Shown: positions 30,617 through 41,754 of the stretch, piece by piece
Layout: every line of letters starts with the position of its first letter
Numbering within the stretch: position 1 is the first letter of the stretch
Assembly (NCBI GenBank): GCA_000092065.1
Contig: CP000594.1
DNA: 64,000 nt
From: Ostreococcus lucimarinus
Lineage: Eukaryota
Direction: 5' to 3' (one strand)
The notes under the pieces: model-generated
Told to the model about the DNA's origin: nothing
Database searches by the model: none
The model's input: the letters and a program-made list of their open reading frames with translations, nothing else
Program-made: the position numbers and the translations under genes

Positions 30617-31208
30617 TTATTGCGACGCCATAACGTTTGCGTCTCGAAGAGGCGATCGATGCGTCACCGCCGGTCTCGTCGCGCACGCGGACGTGGGCTC
30701 GTCAAACATCGGAGGCGGCGTGCCGAGCGGCGACGCCCCGATGGCGACGGCGTTGCCGGAATCCACGCGATCGAGCGTCGTCGCCGCCAATTTCGTTTCG
30801 ATAGCCTCGAGCGTGACCGGTACTTCAACCACAGTCGCTTTCGGCGGCGTACTTTCCGGAGCGTCGTCCTTCGAAACGACGTTCGCGGTCGTCTCTTTCT
30901 CCTCGGCGAAGCACTCGGCGATGATCGCGTCCACGTCGGCTTTGCCGTCGGTGTGATACAGAATGCGTTCGACGACGTTTTTCAACGGATTATTCTCAAA
31001 CTCAGGACGTTGGCACACGTACTCGACGTCTTGAAGCTTTTCAAAGTAAAACTCTCGCTCTTGCTCGGCGCGCTCGACTTGAAGCGCCAACGCGGTGTTG
31101 GTCTCCGTCATTTCTCGCGCGCTCGCGCCGTTCCCCGTCGTCGCTCGCGCGTTCGCCCCAGACGTCGCTCCCGCCCCACTCGTCGTCGTCATCGAGCCTC
31201 GATGCGCT

Positions 31209-31241
<33 letters not shown>

Positions 31242-31762
31242 CTCGATCCTCGCCCCCGAGCGTTCCCTCCTCGATGTCCCGCGCGTTCGCTCGTCACGCT
31301 CGCCTTGCGCGCGCCCGCGTACTCCGCCCCTCCCCGCGCGCACGCCCGTCGCTCCTCGGCGTCGTACGTCGAGTTTTCCACTCCCGCCCCCCCCGTCGCG
31401 GTGTCGTAATAGCGTTTCATCCACTGCAAAAACTCCAAATTATCCAACGGCCGTCCCTTGATCAACTTTTGCACCTCCACGTTCTTCGCCACGTGCATTC
31501 GCTCAAACACCAATTGCAACACTTTATAATTTTGCACGAACTCGTGCTCGCTCTTCGCCTCGAAGTTCACCCTGCGCATCGGCACCACGTCTCCACCGCC
31601 TCCGCTCCAGTGCGCGGCGTCCATGATCTGGCAGTACACCGCCCCGCTCGCGCACTGCTCCACCTTGGTCAGCCGCAGCGCGAGCAGCGCGTTCACCCAC
31701 GCGATCAATTCGTTCCGTCCCACGAAGAACGCGTCGTGCATCATCCCGGTCGTGGACGCCAT
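30617..31762 (-). CDS. Microtubule plus-end binding protein EB1 (RP/EB family)
   Basis: Calponin-homology domain GRNELIAWVNALLALRLTKVEQCASGAVYCQIMDAAH...VNFEAKSEHEFVQNYKVLQLVFERMHVAKNVEVQKLIKGRPLDNLEFLQWMKRYYD, plus a C-terminal EB1 dimerisation region (REFYFEKLQDVEYVCQ). Contains a poly-Thr tract encoded by an (ACG)n repeat. Confidence 0.85.
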
Positions 31763-32026
31763 ATCGTGCGAACCGTTCGTCGTCTCGTCGCGCGTCCCTC
31801 GTCGTCGTCGCGCGTCGCGGTGTGCGCGCGCGCGCAATCATTCATTCATTCCGTCGACGATCCTTTCGCCCGTCGATTCGCGTCCCCGTGGTTCCCCTCG
31901 ATCGTGTTATATACACCAGCGCACTGTATACGCATAGAGACCATTCGGACAAACGGATACTGATGGGCCCAAACGCCCTCGAATGCGTGAGAGCGCGCCG
32001 CGGTCGGATCGCGCGTCGCGCGCGCG

Positions 32027-32956
32027 ATGCCTCGCGGCGGCGCGTCGCGCGTCGCGGTGCTCGCGCTCATCGCGCTCGCGACGTCGGCCGCGCCGCGTCG
32101 CGCGACCGCCGATCGCGCGCGCCTGCCGAGAGACGCGCGCGACGAACGATTGGACGACGACGACGCGCGATTGCGCGCCGAGGAGCACGTCGCGTACGCC
32201 TCGGACGCGCGATCGCGCGTCGGACTGCGACGCGACGGCGCGGACGCGCGGCAGTGGATCGAGCGAATCTCGGAGTCGCCGCGGGCGTACGTGTACAGAA
32301 ATTTCCTGACGCGCGAGGAGGCGGAGGCGACGATCGCGGCGGCGCGGCGGACGATGCGACGGAGCGAGGTGGTGAACGAGGCGGACGGAACGTCGAAGAC
32401 GAGCGATGAGAGAACGTCGAGCGGGGGGTGGGTGAGCGGGGAGGATTCGGAGGTGATGGCGAACATCGAACGACGGGTCGCGGCGTGGACGATGCTGCCG
32501 AGAAATCGAGGCGAGACGACGCAGGTGATGCGGTACGAGGCGGGGCAGGAGTACGCGGCGCACGATGATTACTTTCACGATGAAGTGAACGTGAAGAATG
32601 GTGGACAGCGCGCGGCGACGGTGTTGATGTATCTGAGCGACGTCGAGGAGGGGGGGGAGACGGTGTTTCCGCGAGGGACGCCGCTGGGGGGGGCGGCGCC
32701 GGAGAAGAGCGGAGTGACGCAAGGAAACGCGTGCGAACGCGCGTTGAGGGGAGACCCGAACGTCTTAGCTGTGAAACCGCGACGCGGAGACGCGCTGCTG
32801 TTCTTCAACGTGCATTTGAACGGCGAAGTCGACGAGCGCGCGCGACACGCCGGGTGCCCGGTGGTGCGCGGGACGAAGTGGACGGCGACTCGCTGGCAGC
32901 ACGTCGGCGCGCTCAATATCGGGAGTTTTGCGCGCACGGATTCGCAGACGACCTAG
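32027..32956 (+). CDS. Prolyl 4-hydroxylase α-subunit-like 2OG-Fe(II) oxygenase with an N-terminal signal peptide
   Basis: Signal peptide VAVLALIALATSAAP; P4H core ...RAYVYRNFLTREEAEAT...WTMLPRNRGETTQVMRYEAGQEYAAHDDYF...ATVLMYLSDVEEGGETVFP...RRGDALLFFNVHLNGEVDERARHAGCPVVRGTKWTATRWQH (the HxD...H...R Fe/2OG motif). ATG 32027 verified. Confidence 0.8.
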   Translation: MPRGGASRVAVLALIALATSAAPRRATADRARLPRDARDERLDDDDARLRAEEHVAYASDARSRVGLRRDGADARQWIERISESPRAYVYRNFLTREEAEATIAAARRTMRRSEVVNEADGTSKTSDERTSSGGWVSGEDSEVMANIERRVAAWTMLPRNRGETTQVMRYEAGQEYAAHDDYFHDEVNVKNGGQRAATVLMYLSDVEEGGETVFPRGTPLGGAAPEKSGVTQGNACERALRGDPNVLAVKPRRGDALLFFNVHLNGEVDERARHAGCPVVRGTKWTATRWQHVGALNIGSFARTDSQTT

Positions 32957-33053
32957 CGTAGTACACGAGTAAAAGATTGTTTTCATAAAACGGACTAGAC
33001 GCGCGCGCGTCGCGATTTATCTACTACGTCTCGCGACGACGACGTTGGCTCGC

Positions 33054-35255
33054 TCAAAGTCGTCGCTCGAATTGGGCGAGTGTCGTGAACTCTTTCTTGT
33101 TGCTGGCTATGGTCATCTCTTCGATGACGGCCGCGCGCTCTTGACGTCGCGCGAGCGCGATGCGCGCGTCCGTGATGCGCGCGAGTAATTCGCGATGAAC
33201 TTCCTCCACGGCGTCGAGTTGACCAAAACTCAAGTGTTCGAGATCGATGCCGAGAACGTGTCCGCAGCCGACGCCCGAAGCGCACGCCTCGAGATGCACG
33301 GCTTCCATTCGTCTCGACGCGCGAGCGACCCAACCTAAGGCATCCCAGTCCGCATCTATGTCCGTGGTGAAGATTTCTCGATCCCAATCGGGCATAGTCG
33401 CGGCGGCTGATCGCGGCGGCGGCGAAGGCGCCCCGACAGAGGAGTGCACGGCTTGCGGGATGTGGGACCAAATCGACCCATCGCCTCGCCATTGATTTAA
33501 TCTCGACTTACTCTGGTGTAGTTCTTCCTGGGATTCTCGCTGTTGCTCTGATTGCTGCTGCGCCGGCATGACCATCTCGTGATGCTGCATGAGCTGCTTT
33601 GGAACATCCACGGACGCCCAAGCGGGCTCTTCTTCCTCGGCGACGCGACCACTATGTTGCTCTATGGGCGCCTCGGGCGCCGTGGATTGACTATAAGCGC
33701 CATTTCGATCCAGTATTGATCCAGGTTGCGCGGATGCTTTATCCGCGTCGACTTGCCGCTTTCGCGCATTTCTTTCGGGCATATCATCCTTCGGTTTTGT
33801 CCCCGCCTTCGTTCTCCCGCTGCGTTTGCGTCGCAAAACGGTGGCGGCTGAAGGTGTGTCCTCGTCTTCAACGTCTTCCTTTGCGCTCGCAAACGGACTA
33901 TGCTCCACGGCATAATCCACCAGCTGTCGAGGAATGATTTCATCAGCCAAATCAAGCGCCGTTTGAGTCGTGCCCGTCGAAGTCTCGTCCGAAGCTTCGC
34001 GTCCGTTGAGCACCGACGGTGGACTCTCGCTGTTATCATCTTTCGCCATTTTGCTAGGAGTGGCCGATTCCGGCTCCGGCTCCGGTTCCGGCTTCGGTTC
34101 CGGTTCCGGCTTCGGTTCCGGTTCCGGCTCCGGCTTCGGTTCCGGTTCCGGCTCCGGCTCCGGTTCCGGTTCCGGCTTCGGTTCCGGTTCCGGCTTCGGT
34201 TCCGGTTCCGGTTCCGGCTTCGGTTCCGGTTCCGGTTCCGGCTTCGGTTCCGGTTCCGGCTTCGGTTCCGGTTCCGGCTCCGGTTCCGGTTCCTTCACAT
34301 TGTCCGGCTTGTCCTCCTTCTCCGGTTCCGACTCTGACCCTTCTTGGGCTTCCTCGGCTCCTTCTTCCGTCGCAAGCTTTTTCCTCTGACTTCCAGTGAG
34401 CTTTTTCTGTTTCTTCTTCTTTTTCTTCGGCTCATCGTCGAACAACGCCAGAGACTTGTCAAAGGTCGACATCGTTTGCGCCTCCATCGCGCTATCGAGC
34501 AAATCGACAATCGCAGTGTGGCCGCGCGACTTTGCCACGTCGCTCGCCGTATCGATCGTCCGTTTCGAACGCGACGAAGGCGTCCTGAACGGATTGAGCT
34601 TCTTTCCGCCGCGAGAACCGCCCTTCGAACAGGCATCGTCCCACTCCTTAGCCTTTCGTTCCATCTCGAATGAAATTCTGTCAAACGGACTGGCGCCGTG
34701 CTTTAACAAAAGCTTGACCACGTCCAGCGTACCAGCTCGAGCGGCGTGGTATAACGGAAAGCACGCATTACAATCCGACACAAATCCATTCTTCGTGAAC
34801 CGTCCATCCTCCAACAATATTTCCATGCACTCTTTTCCCGAGGTGTACGCCCCCAAATCCTTGTCGCGTTCGAAATCCTTGTCCAAAACTTTCAACGTCG
34901 CGTCATCGACGGCCGCCACCGCGCGCTCTCGCGCGTCGCAAGTCGAGATCAGTAAGTTCACCGGATCTTTACCGAGAAGATTCAACACGTGCTGATCGGC
35001 ACCGTGCTTTAACAGCCATCGCACCGATTTCGGCGACCCCGTCGCGCACGCCGCGTGCAAGGGCGAGTTGAGCGCATCATTCGGCGCCGATAAGAACGCC
35101 CGCAGCACCTGCTCCTCGTCGCATCGCTGAAACTCACTCGACGCACCGTCTCGCCTCGCTATTTCGCGAAACGGCCCCATGAAATTAAACTGTTCGTCGT
35201 GAAACATCACCAACCGCGCGACGAAGCGCAACCCGTCCAACAGCGCGTCCAGCAT
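33054..35255 (-). CDS. Ankyrin-repeat protein with a long (PEPEPK)n low-complexity region
   Basis: N-terminal ANK repeats ([25 protein letters not shown]..., [24 protein letters not shown]...). A central tract of about 40 PEP(E/K) units, an acidic middle, and a conserved-looking C-terminus. First ATG is 35255; the ORF-track start at 35282 is GTG. Confidence 0.65.
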   Translation of the reverse strand: MLDALLDGLRFVARLVMFHDEQFNFMGPFREIARRDGASSEFQRCDEEQVLRAFLSAPNDALNSPLHAACATGSPKSVRWLLKHGADQHVLNLLGKDPVNLLISTCDARERAVAAVDDATLKVLDKDFERDKDLGAYTSGKECMEILLEDGRFTKNGFVSDCNACFPLYHAARAGTLDVVKLLLKHGASPFDRISFEMERKAKEWDDACSKGGSRGGKKLNPFRTPSSRSKRTIDTASDVAKSRGHTAIVDLLDSAMEAQTMSTFDKSLALFDDEPKKKKKKQKKLTGSQRKKLATEEGAEEAQEGSESEPEKEDKPDNVKEPEPEPEPEPKPEPEPKPEPEPEPKPEPEPEPKPEPEPKPEPEPEPEPEPEPKPEPEPEPKPEPEPKPEPEPEPESATPSKMAKDDNSESPPSVLNGREASDETSTGTTQTALDLADEIIPRQLVDYAVEHSPFASAKEDVEDEDTPSAATVLRRKRSGRTKAGTKPKDDMPERNARKRQVDADKASAQPGSILDRNGAYSQSTAPEAPIEQHSGRVAEEEEPAWASVDVPKQLMQHHEMVMPAQQQSEQQRESQEELHQSKSRLNQWRGDGSIWSHIPQAVHSSVGAPSPPPRSAAATMPDWDREIFTTDIDADWDALGWVARASRRMEAVHLEACASGVGCGHVLGIDLEHLSFGQLDAVEEVHRELLARITDARIALARRQERAAVIEEMTIASNKKEFTTLAQFERRL
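34060..34292. repeat. Tandem 18-nt coding repeat (GGTTCCGGTTCCGGCTTC)n encoding (PEPEPK)n
   Basis: About 13 near-perfect tandem units inside the CDS at 33054..35255. Confidence 0.9.
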
Positions 35256-35847
35256 CTCCACGTCCCCGTTCGCCGCCGCCACTGTTCACCGCGCGCGCGC
35301 GCGCGTCAGTCTCGCGCATCTCACCCTTCGCGCCCCCTCACCGCGCCCTCGCCGCGTCTTCGCGTCTTCGCTCTTCGAGTCTTCGCGTCGCGTCGCCTCG
35401 CCGCCGCACCGTGCACCGCCGTATCGCGCGTGTTCCTCCGCTCCCCGAACATCAACCACCTGACGCACTCGTTCCCATCTCTCAGCATCTCCTTCGCCGC
35501 GCTCGCGTCCCCCCGTTCGCACGCCCCCAGGAGTCCGCCGCTTTCGTCGTCGACGTCCGCGCTCGCGCGTTCGGCGCTCAGCGGATCCACCTCGGCAAAG
35601 TACCCGCGTATGCCGTCGACAAGGTGTCGCGCCCACGACACCGCGCGCGGGTCCTCGCTCGCCGCGCCGTCGCGCGCGATCGCGCCGCGCGTCGGCATGA
35701 CTCGCGGCGTCGCGACGCGCGTCGCGACGTGGCGCGATTCGCGACCGACGATTCGCGCGACGGCCCGATCGCGATCGATCGATCGCGCGATCGCGTCGAA
35801 CCTCGACGCGAGGTTCGACGCGACGACAACTCTGTCGATCGCGATCG

Positions 35848-38826
35848 ATGACGCGGCGGCGCGACGCGCGCGCGAAGAAGCGCGACGTCGCGACGCGCGA
35901 CGCGAGCGCGATGCGCGCGGAATCGCGCGCGCGACTGACGGCGGACGACGTCGTCGTCGTCGTCGGCGGCGGCGTCGCCGGGCTCGCGCTCGCGTCGTCG
36001 CTCGCGAGGGCGAGGGACGGGACGCGCGGCGCGGCGGACGCGCCGACGTGCGTCGTGCTCGAGCGCGACGGCTCGAGGGAGGCGCGAAGGCAAGGGTACG
36101 GGGTGACGCTGAGCGAGACGAACGCCGCGCTCGCGGGGCTGGGCGTGGGAGAGGCGCTGCGAGCGCGGTCGTGCGCGTCGAGCGCGCACTGGACGTTTGC
36201 GGCGAGCGGACGCGTGCTGGGGTACTACGGAAACGCGTTCGCGGCGACGGCGGGGGGGAAAGGGGACGGGTCGAGCGCGGGGGGGGCGATGGGGAAGCGA
36301 CCGATGAATCTGCGCGTGCCTCGCGACGCGGTGCGGAAGATTTTGTTGGAGAAGATTCCCGAGGCGTGGATTCGGTGGGGGACGCGAGTGGTGGATTACG
36401 CGGAGGACGACGAAAAGGTGACGGTGACGCTGGACACCGGGGAGAAGATCGAGGGCGCGATATTGGTCGCGGCGGATGGCGTGCGATCGGGAACGCGGCG
36501 AGCGCCCGGCGCGGGCGCGGATTTGAAGTCTGGGGAGCTGCGCTACCTCGGCGTCGCGCTCGTGACGGGATTTACGGATTTAGACGACGCGTTGTTGCGC
36601 GGGCAAGGGTTTTATACCGTCGACGGGCGGTCGAGGATGTTCACGATGCCCTTCGAGGCGGCGAACGAAGCTAAGGGCACGCCGCCGCGAAGCATGTGGC
36701 AACTGAGCGTGCGCGTGGACGAGGAGGAGGCGCGCGGATTGGCAAACGCGCCTCGCGAAGACGTCAAGGCGTTCGTTTTAGAGCACACCAAAGGATGGCA
36801 CGATCCGGTGAGCGCGATGTTCGACAACACGGAGTGGGAAGACGCCTGGGCGGGGCCGCTGTACGACCGAGAGGAGCCGCCGACGAGCAAGGCGCGAGCG
36901 AAGGAGACGCCGCACTTGGTCATGCGTAGCTCGAGCTCTCGAGTGATTTGCATAGGCGACGCCGCGCACCCAATGTCGCCGTTTAAAGGTCAAGGCGCGA
37001 ACACGGCGCTTTTCGATGCGTGGGCACTGTCAAAATGGTTACGCAAGGCGCCGCCTCAGACCGCGTTGGCGTGCTTCTACCGCGAGATGGTAGCTCGAGC
37101 GTTCGTGAAAGTGCGCGCCAGTCGAGAAGCGTGTGAAACGTTTCATAGTCCTAGCATACTCACCGAACGCATCCCAGAGTTTGCTGGGATCGATCCGAAA
37201 AAAATCAAGCTCGTGCTCGACACGCTGAACGAGCGAGGCATCGCGGCTTCGATGTGCGACGATCTAGAACCGGCGGTGCGACAGGTTGTCAACGAACTCG
37301 GCGCCGCAGAAGTCGTGAAACCGTACGCGGTGAAGAAAAAGTACGCCACGACGGCGTCCGAGGACGATCGCGGCTCGGAAACTGGATCCACGGCAAGCGA
37401 TGCGACAAATGCGTCTTTGGCGTCTTTTGCCTCGTCGGCTCTGTGCGGCGCGTTGAGCGAGAGCGTCGCCGACGCCGTAGCTTTGGCGTTATCGCGTTCT
37501 AATCAGCCTCCACTCACGACTGCTGAGCGTGAAATTGTCGGGAAATGTCGAGTGAGCGTCAATGGGCGCCGTCCCGCGAACAATTACGCGAGCAGTGCGC
37601 CCATTCGATTACTGGCCGCGAGAGGCGTGGCGAGAGTCGTCAACGGCGAAGAGGCGAGATTCGCTCGTCAAATCGCAGACGTCATCAATGAACGACAAGC
37701 GGCCCGAAATCGCGAAGATACCGTCGATGCTATCGTTGATGATACCGAAGATGATTATTTCATCTCCGCCAGACCCATGTCTGATGGTAAAGTGTTGCTC
37801 ACGACGAAGAAGCACGACGAGGCGCTGACGTCGCTCGGGTTGAAGCAATGCGAAGGTTGTTTGAAGTACTACGCCGTGCACGGCGGTGGCCTGCGGCAAC
37901 ATTGGGAATCTGGAGGCGATAGTCCCGATTGCGCTTCCGCAGCGCAGCGCGCGATGTCGTGCGAGAACACAGAGACTGAATCCAGCGCGTGGCGCGGCTC
38001 AGGCGCGGGGAAACCCAAGGCGTGGCGCACGGGTGGCAACCGCAAAGAGCTTTCGCCTGGAATGTCGGCCGCGTCACGTGGAGATTTGCTCGGCATGCGT
38101 CGAGCGATCGTAGAAGATGGCTGGGACCCAGTAACGGAGAAGGATGCCTTCGGGAGCAGCGCTCTGATGTGGGCCGCGGGCGGCGGTCACGTGGAGGCGT
38201 GCGAATTTCTCGTCGACGAATGCGGAGTCGATCCCAATCACACCGGCCGCAAAGACGGTCGAGTGCCCTTGCACTGGGCCGCTCGTAACGGCGAACTCGA
38301 AGCGTGTCAGTGGCTGGTGAGTCGAGGCGCGAAACCAGGGGTGGCGTCGTATGACGGTGACTTTCCTTTTCATTTGGCGATTTGGAAGAATCATCGAAAC
38401 GTAGCGGAATGGTTCGCGTCCACGCCTGGCTTTGATTGCGGGACGACGAACAGATGGGGGTGCAACGCCGTGTTATGGGCGTGTACCACAGAAACCAATC
38501 AAGACGATGCGCTGAGCATGGTGAAATGGCTCGTCGAGGATCTGAAGGTGGACTTTTCTGTCGTCAACGTCAACGGCCACTCGGCGTTGCACAAGTGCGC
38601 GATTTACGGCCACGAAAGTGTGATCGATTACTTGCTTGAATCGAAGATTGAATCGACAAAACGGGCAAAATTCATCATACCGGATGATAGAAACCAAGCG
38701 CCGAGCGAGTTGGCGCGCGTGAATGGATTTTTAGAGCTCGAAGTCAAGCTTCGACACATGGAGGATGAGACGCTGCGACTTCCGGCGATCGTCGAACCGT
38801 CCAGAGATTCATTCATTCGTGCCTAG
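35848..38826 (+). CDS. Multidomain protein: N-terminal FAD-dependent monooxygenase (zeaxanthin-epoxidase/salicylate-hydroxylase class) fused to C-terminal ankyrin repeats (992 aa)
   Basis: Dinucleotide-binding VVVVGGGVAGLALASSLAR, DG...ILVAADGVRSGTRR, and GDAAHPMSPFKGQGANTALFDAWAL (flavoprotein monooxygenase fingerprints). The C-terminus has ANK repeats (GSSALMWAAGGGHVEACEFLVDECGVDPN, RVPLHWAARNGELEACQWLVSRGA, HSALHKCAIYGHESVIDYLL). ATG 35848 verified. Confidence 0.7.
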   Translation: MTRRRDARAKKRDVATRDASAMRAESRARLTADDVVVVVGGGVAGLALASSLARARDGTRGAADAPTCVVLERDGSREARRQGYGVTLSETNAALAGLGVGEALRARSCASSAHWTFAASGRVLGYYGNAFAATAGGKGDGSSAGGAMGKRPMNLRVPRDAVRKILLEKIPEAWIRWGTRVVDYAEDDEKVTVTLDTGEKIEGAILVAADGVRSGTRRAPGAGADLKSGELRYLGVALVTGFTDLDDALLRGQGFYTVDGRSRMFTMPFEAANEAKGTPPRSMWQLSVRVDEEEARGLANAPREDVKAFVLEHTKGWHDPVSAMFDNTEWEDAWAGPLYDREEPPTSKARAKETPHLVMRSSSSRVICIGDAAHPMSPFKGQGANTALFDAWALSKWLRKAPPQTALACFYREMVARAFVKVRASREACETFHSPSILTERIPEFAGIDPKKIKLVLDTLNERGIAASMCDDLEPAVRQVVNELGAAEVVKPYAVKKKYATTASEDDRGSETGSTASDATNASLASFASSALCGALSESVADAVALALSRSNQPPLTTAEREIVGKCRVSVNGRRPANNYASSAPIRLLAARGVARVVNGEEARFARQIADVINERQAARNREDTVDAIVDDTEDDYFISARPMSDGKVLLTTKKHDEALTSLGLKQCEGCLKYYAVHGGGLRQHWESGGDSPDCASAAQRAMSCENTETESSAWRGSGAGKPKAWRTGGNRKELSPGMSAASRGDLLGMRRAIVEDGWDPVTEKDAFGSSALMWAAGGGHVEACEFLVDECGVDPNHTGRKDGRVPLHWAARNGELEACQWLVSRGAKPGVASYDGDFPFHLAIWKNHRNVAEWFASTPGFDCGTTNRWGCNAVLWACTTETNQDDALSMVKWLVEDLKVDFSVVNVNGHSALHKCAIYGHESVIDYLLESKIESTKRAKFIIPDDRNQAPSELARVNGFLELEVKLRHMEDETLRLPAIVEPSRDSFIRA

Positions 38827-38869
38827 TATATTTTATTTATTAGTGATTCTTTGTTACACATTGTTGTTG

Positions 38870-41323
38870 TTAAAGCCACGGCGTATCATTTGCAGATAAC
38901 TCAATCTGGCGCTTAAGCCGCTCGAGCTGCGACTCCTCCTCTAATCGCTCGCGCTCGTCTTCCAATTCGACGAGTCGACGGATGCGATCGAGTTCGCCCG
39001 TAATCTCGTCGTCGGCTGACTTCTCAGCCCACCTTTCGATGAGTTTGTGCGCGCGCTCTGTTTGCTCCTTGCTCAAATCTTCAGCGCTTGTGACTTCCTC
39101 CACTCTCGTCGCTGCGGACTCGTTCTCTTCGTCGTTATCCTTGACGTCGCTCGCCGTCGCGGTCTTCTTTTGCGACGTCTCCGCGCCATCTTTTCCGATG
39201 TCGCTCACACTGCGGGAACGCTTCCGATCGAACGACGACGTCTTACCGACTGATGGCGAATCATCGTCAGCACCGCTACTTTCCGCGCTATGCTCGTGCA
39301 TCACCCTGGTGTGCTCGAGATGCGGCCGGTTTGGCGCCACGCCTCGCGTGCGAATTTTCGCCAATTCACCGACGAGCGTATCTCTTTCACCAACTAATGA
39401 TGCCACCATCGCGCGCAAATAGTACGCATACGAGCACACAACGTAAAACAACAACGCCGAGGATGAAAAGAACCACGAAAACGCGGGGAACATGTCCGCA
39501 ATGACGCGGAGCAGGGACGAGTTGGAGTGATACGACGGCACGTACGCGGGCTTCCCGATTTGGTACCTGCACTCATTCGCCACATCCACGGTTTGCGTCA
39601 ACGAGCGCTGCGCCGCCAACAAGTGCGTCTTAGTCTTGGTCAACTTCGACTTCGTATCCGCGGCGTCTTTCTCCGCACTCTCGGCGCGCGCCGTCGCGAT
39701 GTCTTTGGCGGCTTTGAGCTTCAACGCTTGCGCCGACGTGGACTCGCAATACGTCGCTCGCGTCGTCATCTTTTGTAACGACTCTTGTAACTGCGCCACA
39801 GTCATCGCTGACGAACCTAAGCGATTGAATCGGTCTTCGGCTAACTTTTGTGCGCTCTGCGCCGCGGCGACGTCGGCTTTAGCCTTGGTGAGTTTCACCT
39901 CTAAATCGGCAACTTGGACGACGGAATCTGAAACCTTGGCCTCCGCGGAAGCGATTGCGGCGTTTTGACTCGCGTCGGGCACGCCGCCACCGAACGTACG
40001 ACACGCCTCTAATTCTCTTCGCTGCATCGCCGACGCACGCGCTAAAATCGTCACGTTTCGTTGCGCCTCGGAGAGATGCTGGCGCACGACGGAGGTCGCC
40101 CCGGCGCCGACAAAGGAAGGCGAGACGCCAGTCAAGATGGACGCGAGCGCGATGGCGCCGAAAATCGCCAACAGTACGACGACTATAATGATGGTCGACA
40201 TGTGCTGCGACGATGACGATGACGTTCGCGGCGACGGCTGCGAGACCGCGCTCGCAACCGGCGTCATCGTCGTGGCGTCCACCAGCTTCGTCGTCTTCGT
40301 CTTCGTCATCTTCTTCGCATCGGCACTCTTCTTCGTCACGACTACCGTTTCCTCCGCTTCATTTTCTCCGGACTCGCGCACGACGACTTTCCGTCGTCGA
40401 ACTTGCGCGCGCTGCGTTTGAGGCGCGGACGTCGTTGTCGTGGACGTCGTCGACGTCCCCGACGTCGTTCGTTCGACCATCACCGCGGCTTCAATCTCTT
40501 CCACGACGTGTGACACCGGCATCGGCACCGCCGCGGGGTCAGCCTTGGTCCACAATCTGCTCTTCATGTCGCCCACGCTCACGGTGGCGTGTCGTTCCCT
40601 GCGGCGAACCGCCGCCGCCTTGGTCGGCGCCGCGCTCGGCTCCGCCGCCGCCGCGGGTTCCACCGCGCGCTTCCGTCCCCCTCGCGCCTCAACGCTCTCC
40701 TCCGTCGCCTGTCGCCAATGCCTCAAGAACTTCTTCGCCCGCCACACCAAATACTTGTGAATCACGTCGCGTCTCGCCTCCCTCGTCCGTCGCACGCTCG
40801 CCTTCCACTCCCTCAGCGTCCTCAACTTTTTCGCGTGTTCCCGCTGCGCCCTCGATCGCTCCAGCGTCATCTCCCGTCGTTTCGCGTTAAACTTCGTGAT
40901 TCGCGCCCACGCGATCAGCGTTCGCGCGCTCGTTCGTCGCGACCGATCCCGCCACAGCGCCGTCGCGCGCGCGTTCGTCTCCCTTCGTCGTCTCGTCACG
41001 TGCGTCCACCCGCTCCACGCCAACCGCGCGATCGTCGAGCTCGCCATCGCCTCTTCGATCGTTTTCGCCGCGTTTCGCCGCGTCGTCCCGACGTCCGCGA
41101 TCGGCGCGTCGTCGTTCATCGCGTCGCGCGACATCGCGATTCGATTCGATTCGTCGTCCGTCAACAGTACGCGCGTCGCGCGGTCGACGAATTCGCGTTG
41201 GACGCGCGTCGGGCGCGCCGATGCGCGTCCTCGATCGTCGAGTCCGTCGACGGCGAACCCGACGCGCGGTCGAGTCGCGCGGTCGAGTCGCGGCGCGCTG
41301 CGGCGCGCCGACGATCGATGCAT
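38870..41323 (-). CDS. Coiled-coil membrane protein with W/R-rich repeats and two hydrophobic segments; start uncertain
   Basis: Long ORF 38870..41560 whose 5' end overlaps the tRNA-Thr gene, so the start was moved to an internal ATG (41323, or alternatively 41134). TM STIIIVVVLLAIFGAIALASILTG, extensive coiled coil, a second hydrophobic segment FSWFFSSSALLFYVVCSYAYYL, and an acidic C-terminus. Confidence 0.5.
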   Translation of the reverse strand: MHRSSARRSAPRLDRATRPRVGFAVDGLDDRGRASARPTRVQREFVDRATRVLLTDDESNRIAMSRDAMNDDAPIADVGTTRRNAAKTIEEAMASSTIARLAWSGWTHVTRRRRETNARATALWRDRSRRTSARTLIAWARITKFNAKRREMTLERSRAQREHAKKLRTLREWKASVRRTREARRDVIHKYLVWRAKKFLRHWRQATEESVEARGGRKRAVEPAAAAEPSAAPTKAAAVRRRERHATVSVGDMKSRLWTKADPAAVPMPVSHVVEEIEAAVMVERTTSGTSTTSTTTTSAPQTQRAQVRRRKVVVRESGENEAEETVVVTKKSADAKKMTKTKTTKLVDATTMTPVASAVSQPSPRTSSSSSQHMSTIIIVVVLLAIFGAIALASILTGVSPSFVGAGATSVVRQHLSEAQRNVTILARASAMQRRELEACRTFGGGVPDASQNAAIASAEAKVSDSVVQVADLEVKLTKAKADVAAAQSAQKLAEDRFNRLGSSAMTVAQLQESLQKMTTRATYCESTSAQALKLKAAKDIATARAESAEKDAADTKSKLTKTKTHLLAAQRSLTQTVDVANECRYQIGKPAYVPSYHSNSSLLRVIADMFPAFSWFFSSSALLFYVVCSYAYYLRAMVASLVGERDTLVGELAKIRTRGVAPNRPHLEHTRVMHEHSAESSGADDDSPSVGKTSSFDRKRSRSVSDIGKDGAETSQKKTATASDVKDNDEENESAATRVEEVTSAEDLSKEQTERAHKLIERWAEKSADDEITGELDRIRRLVELEDERERLEEESQLERLKRQIELSANDTPWL

Positions 41324-41503
41324 TCGATCCCCCGCGCGCGATCGATAGAACCCGTAACTCGGCGCGATCGCGCGAGCGGGGACGCTCGGCTGGAGATTTA
41401 TCGACAATTTACCTCGTGTGCGACCGTATACGGGCGCGTAAGACGCGGATGTGCGATCGTCGATTTTCGGCGATCGGGACAGACCGCACCACTCGGAGCG
41501 AAC

Positions 41504-41575
41504 GCTTCTATGGCCCAGTGGTAAGGCGTCCCCTTCGTAAGGGGAAGATCCTCGGTTCAATCCCGAGTAGGAGCA
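41504..41575 (+). tRNA. tRNA-Thr(CGU), no intron
   Basis: GCTTCTA/TAGGAGC acceptor, anticodon arm TCCCC-TTCGTAA-GGGGA (anticodon CGT), T arm CTCGG-TTCAATC-CCGAG, discriminator A, downstream T7 terminator. The D stem has only 3 clean base pairs. Confidence 0.75.
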
Positions 41576-41692
41576 AATCGTATATTAAATTTTTTTAGCC
41601 TATCATTTACAAATATTTTATTTATTTCATCTCACTGCGTCACATGCCCGAATGTCCGATTGCTCGATTGTCCAACCGCGGCGGTTCAGGTC

Positions 41693-41728
41693 GAGACGAG
41701 ACGAGACGAGACGAGACGAGACGAGACG
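41693..41728. repeat. (GAGAC)7 pentanucleotide microsatellite in the 5' flank of paralogue B
   Basis: Perfect tandem units. It is the mirror image of the repeat at 27269..27303, and the adjacent 27 bp up to the ATG are identical between the two copies. Confidence 0.9.
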
Positions 41729-41754
41729 ACGCGCGCCACGGCGCGACGCGCGGG

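Noticed and set aside
27242-41754. The 14-kb segment between the inverted ankyrin paralogues as a giant-virus insertion (GEVE) or composite transposon cargo
   Set aside because: Its GC content, intron signature and gene content (CBS, RPAP2, EB1, P4H, ankyrin proteins) are indistinguishable from the rest of the window. No capsid, packaging, polymerase, integrase or transposase genes are present. The inverted-repeat architecture is still reported as a finding.
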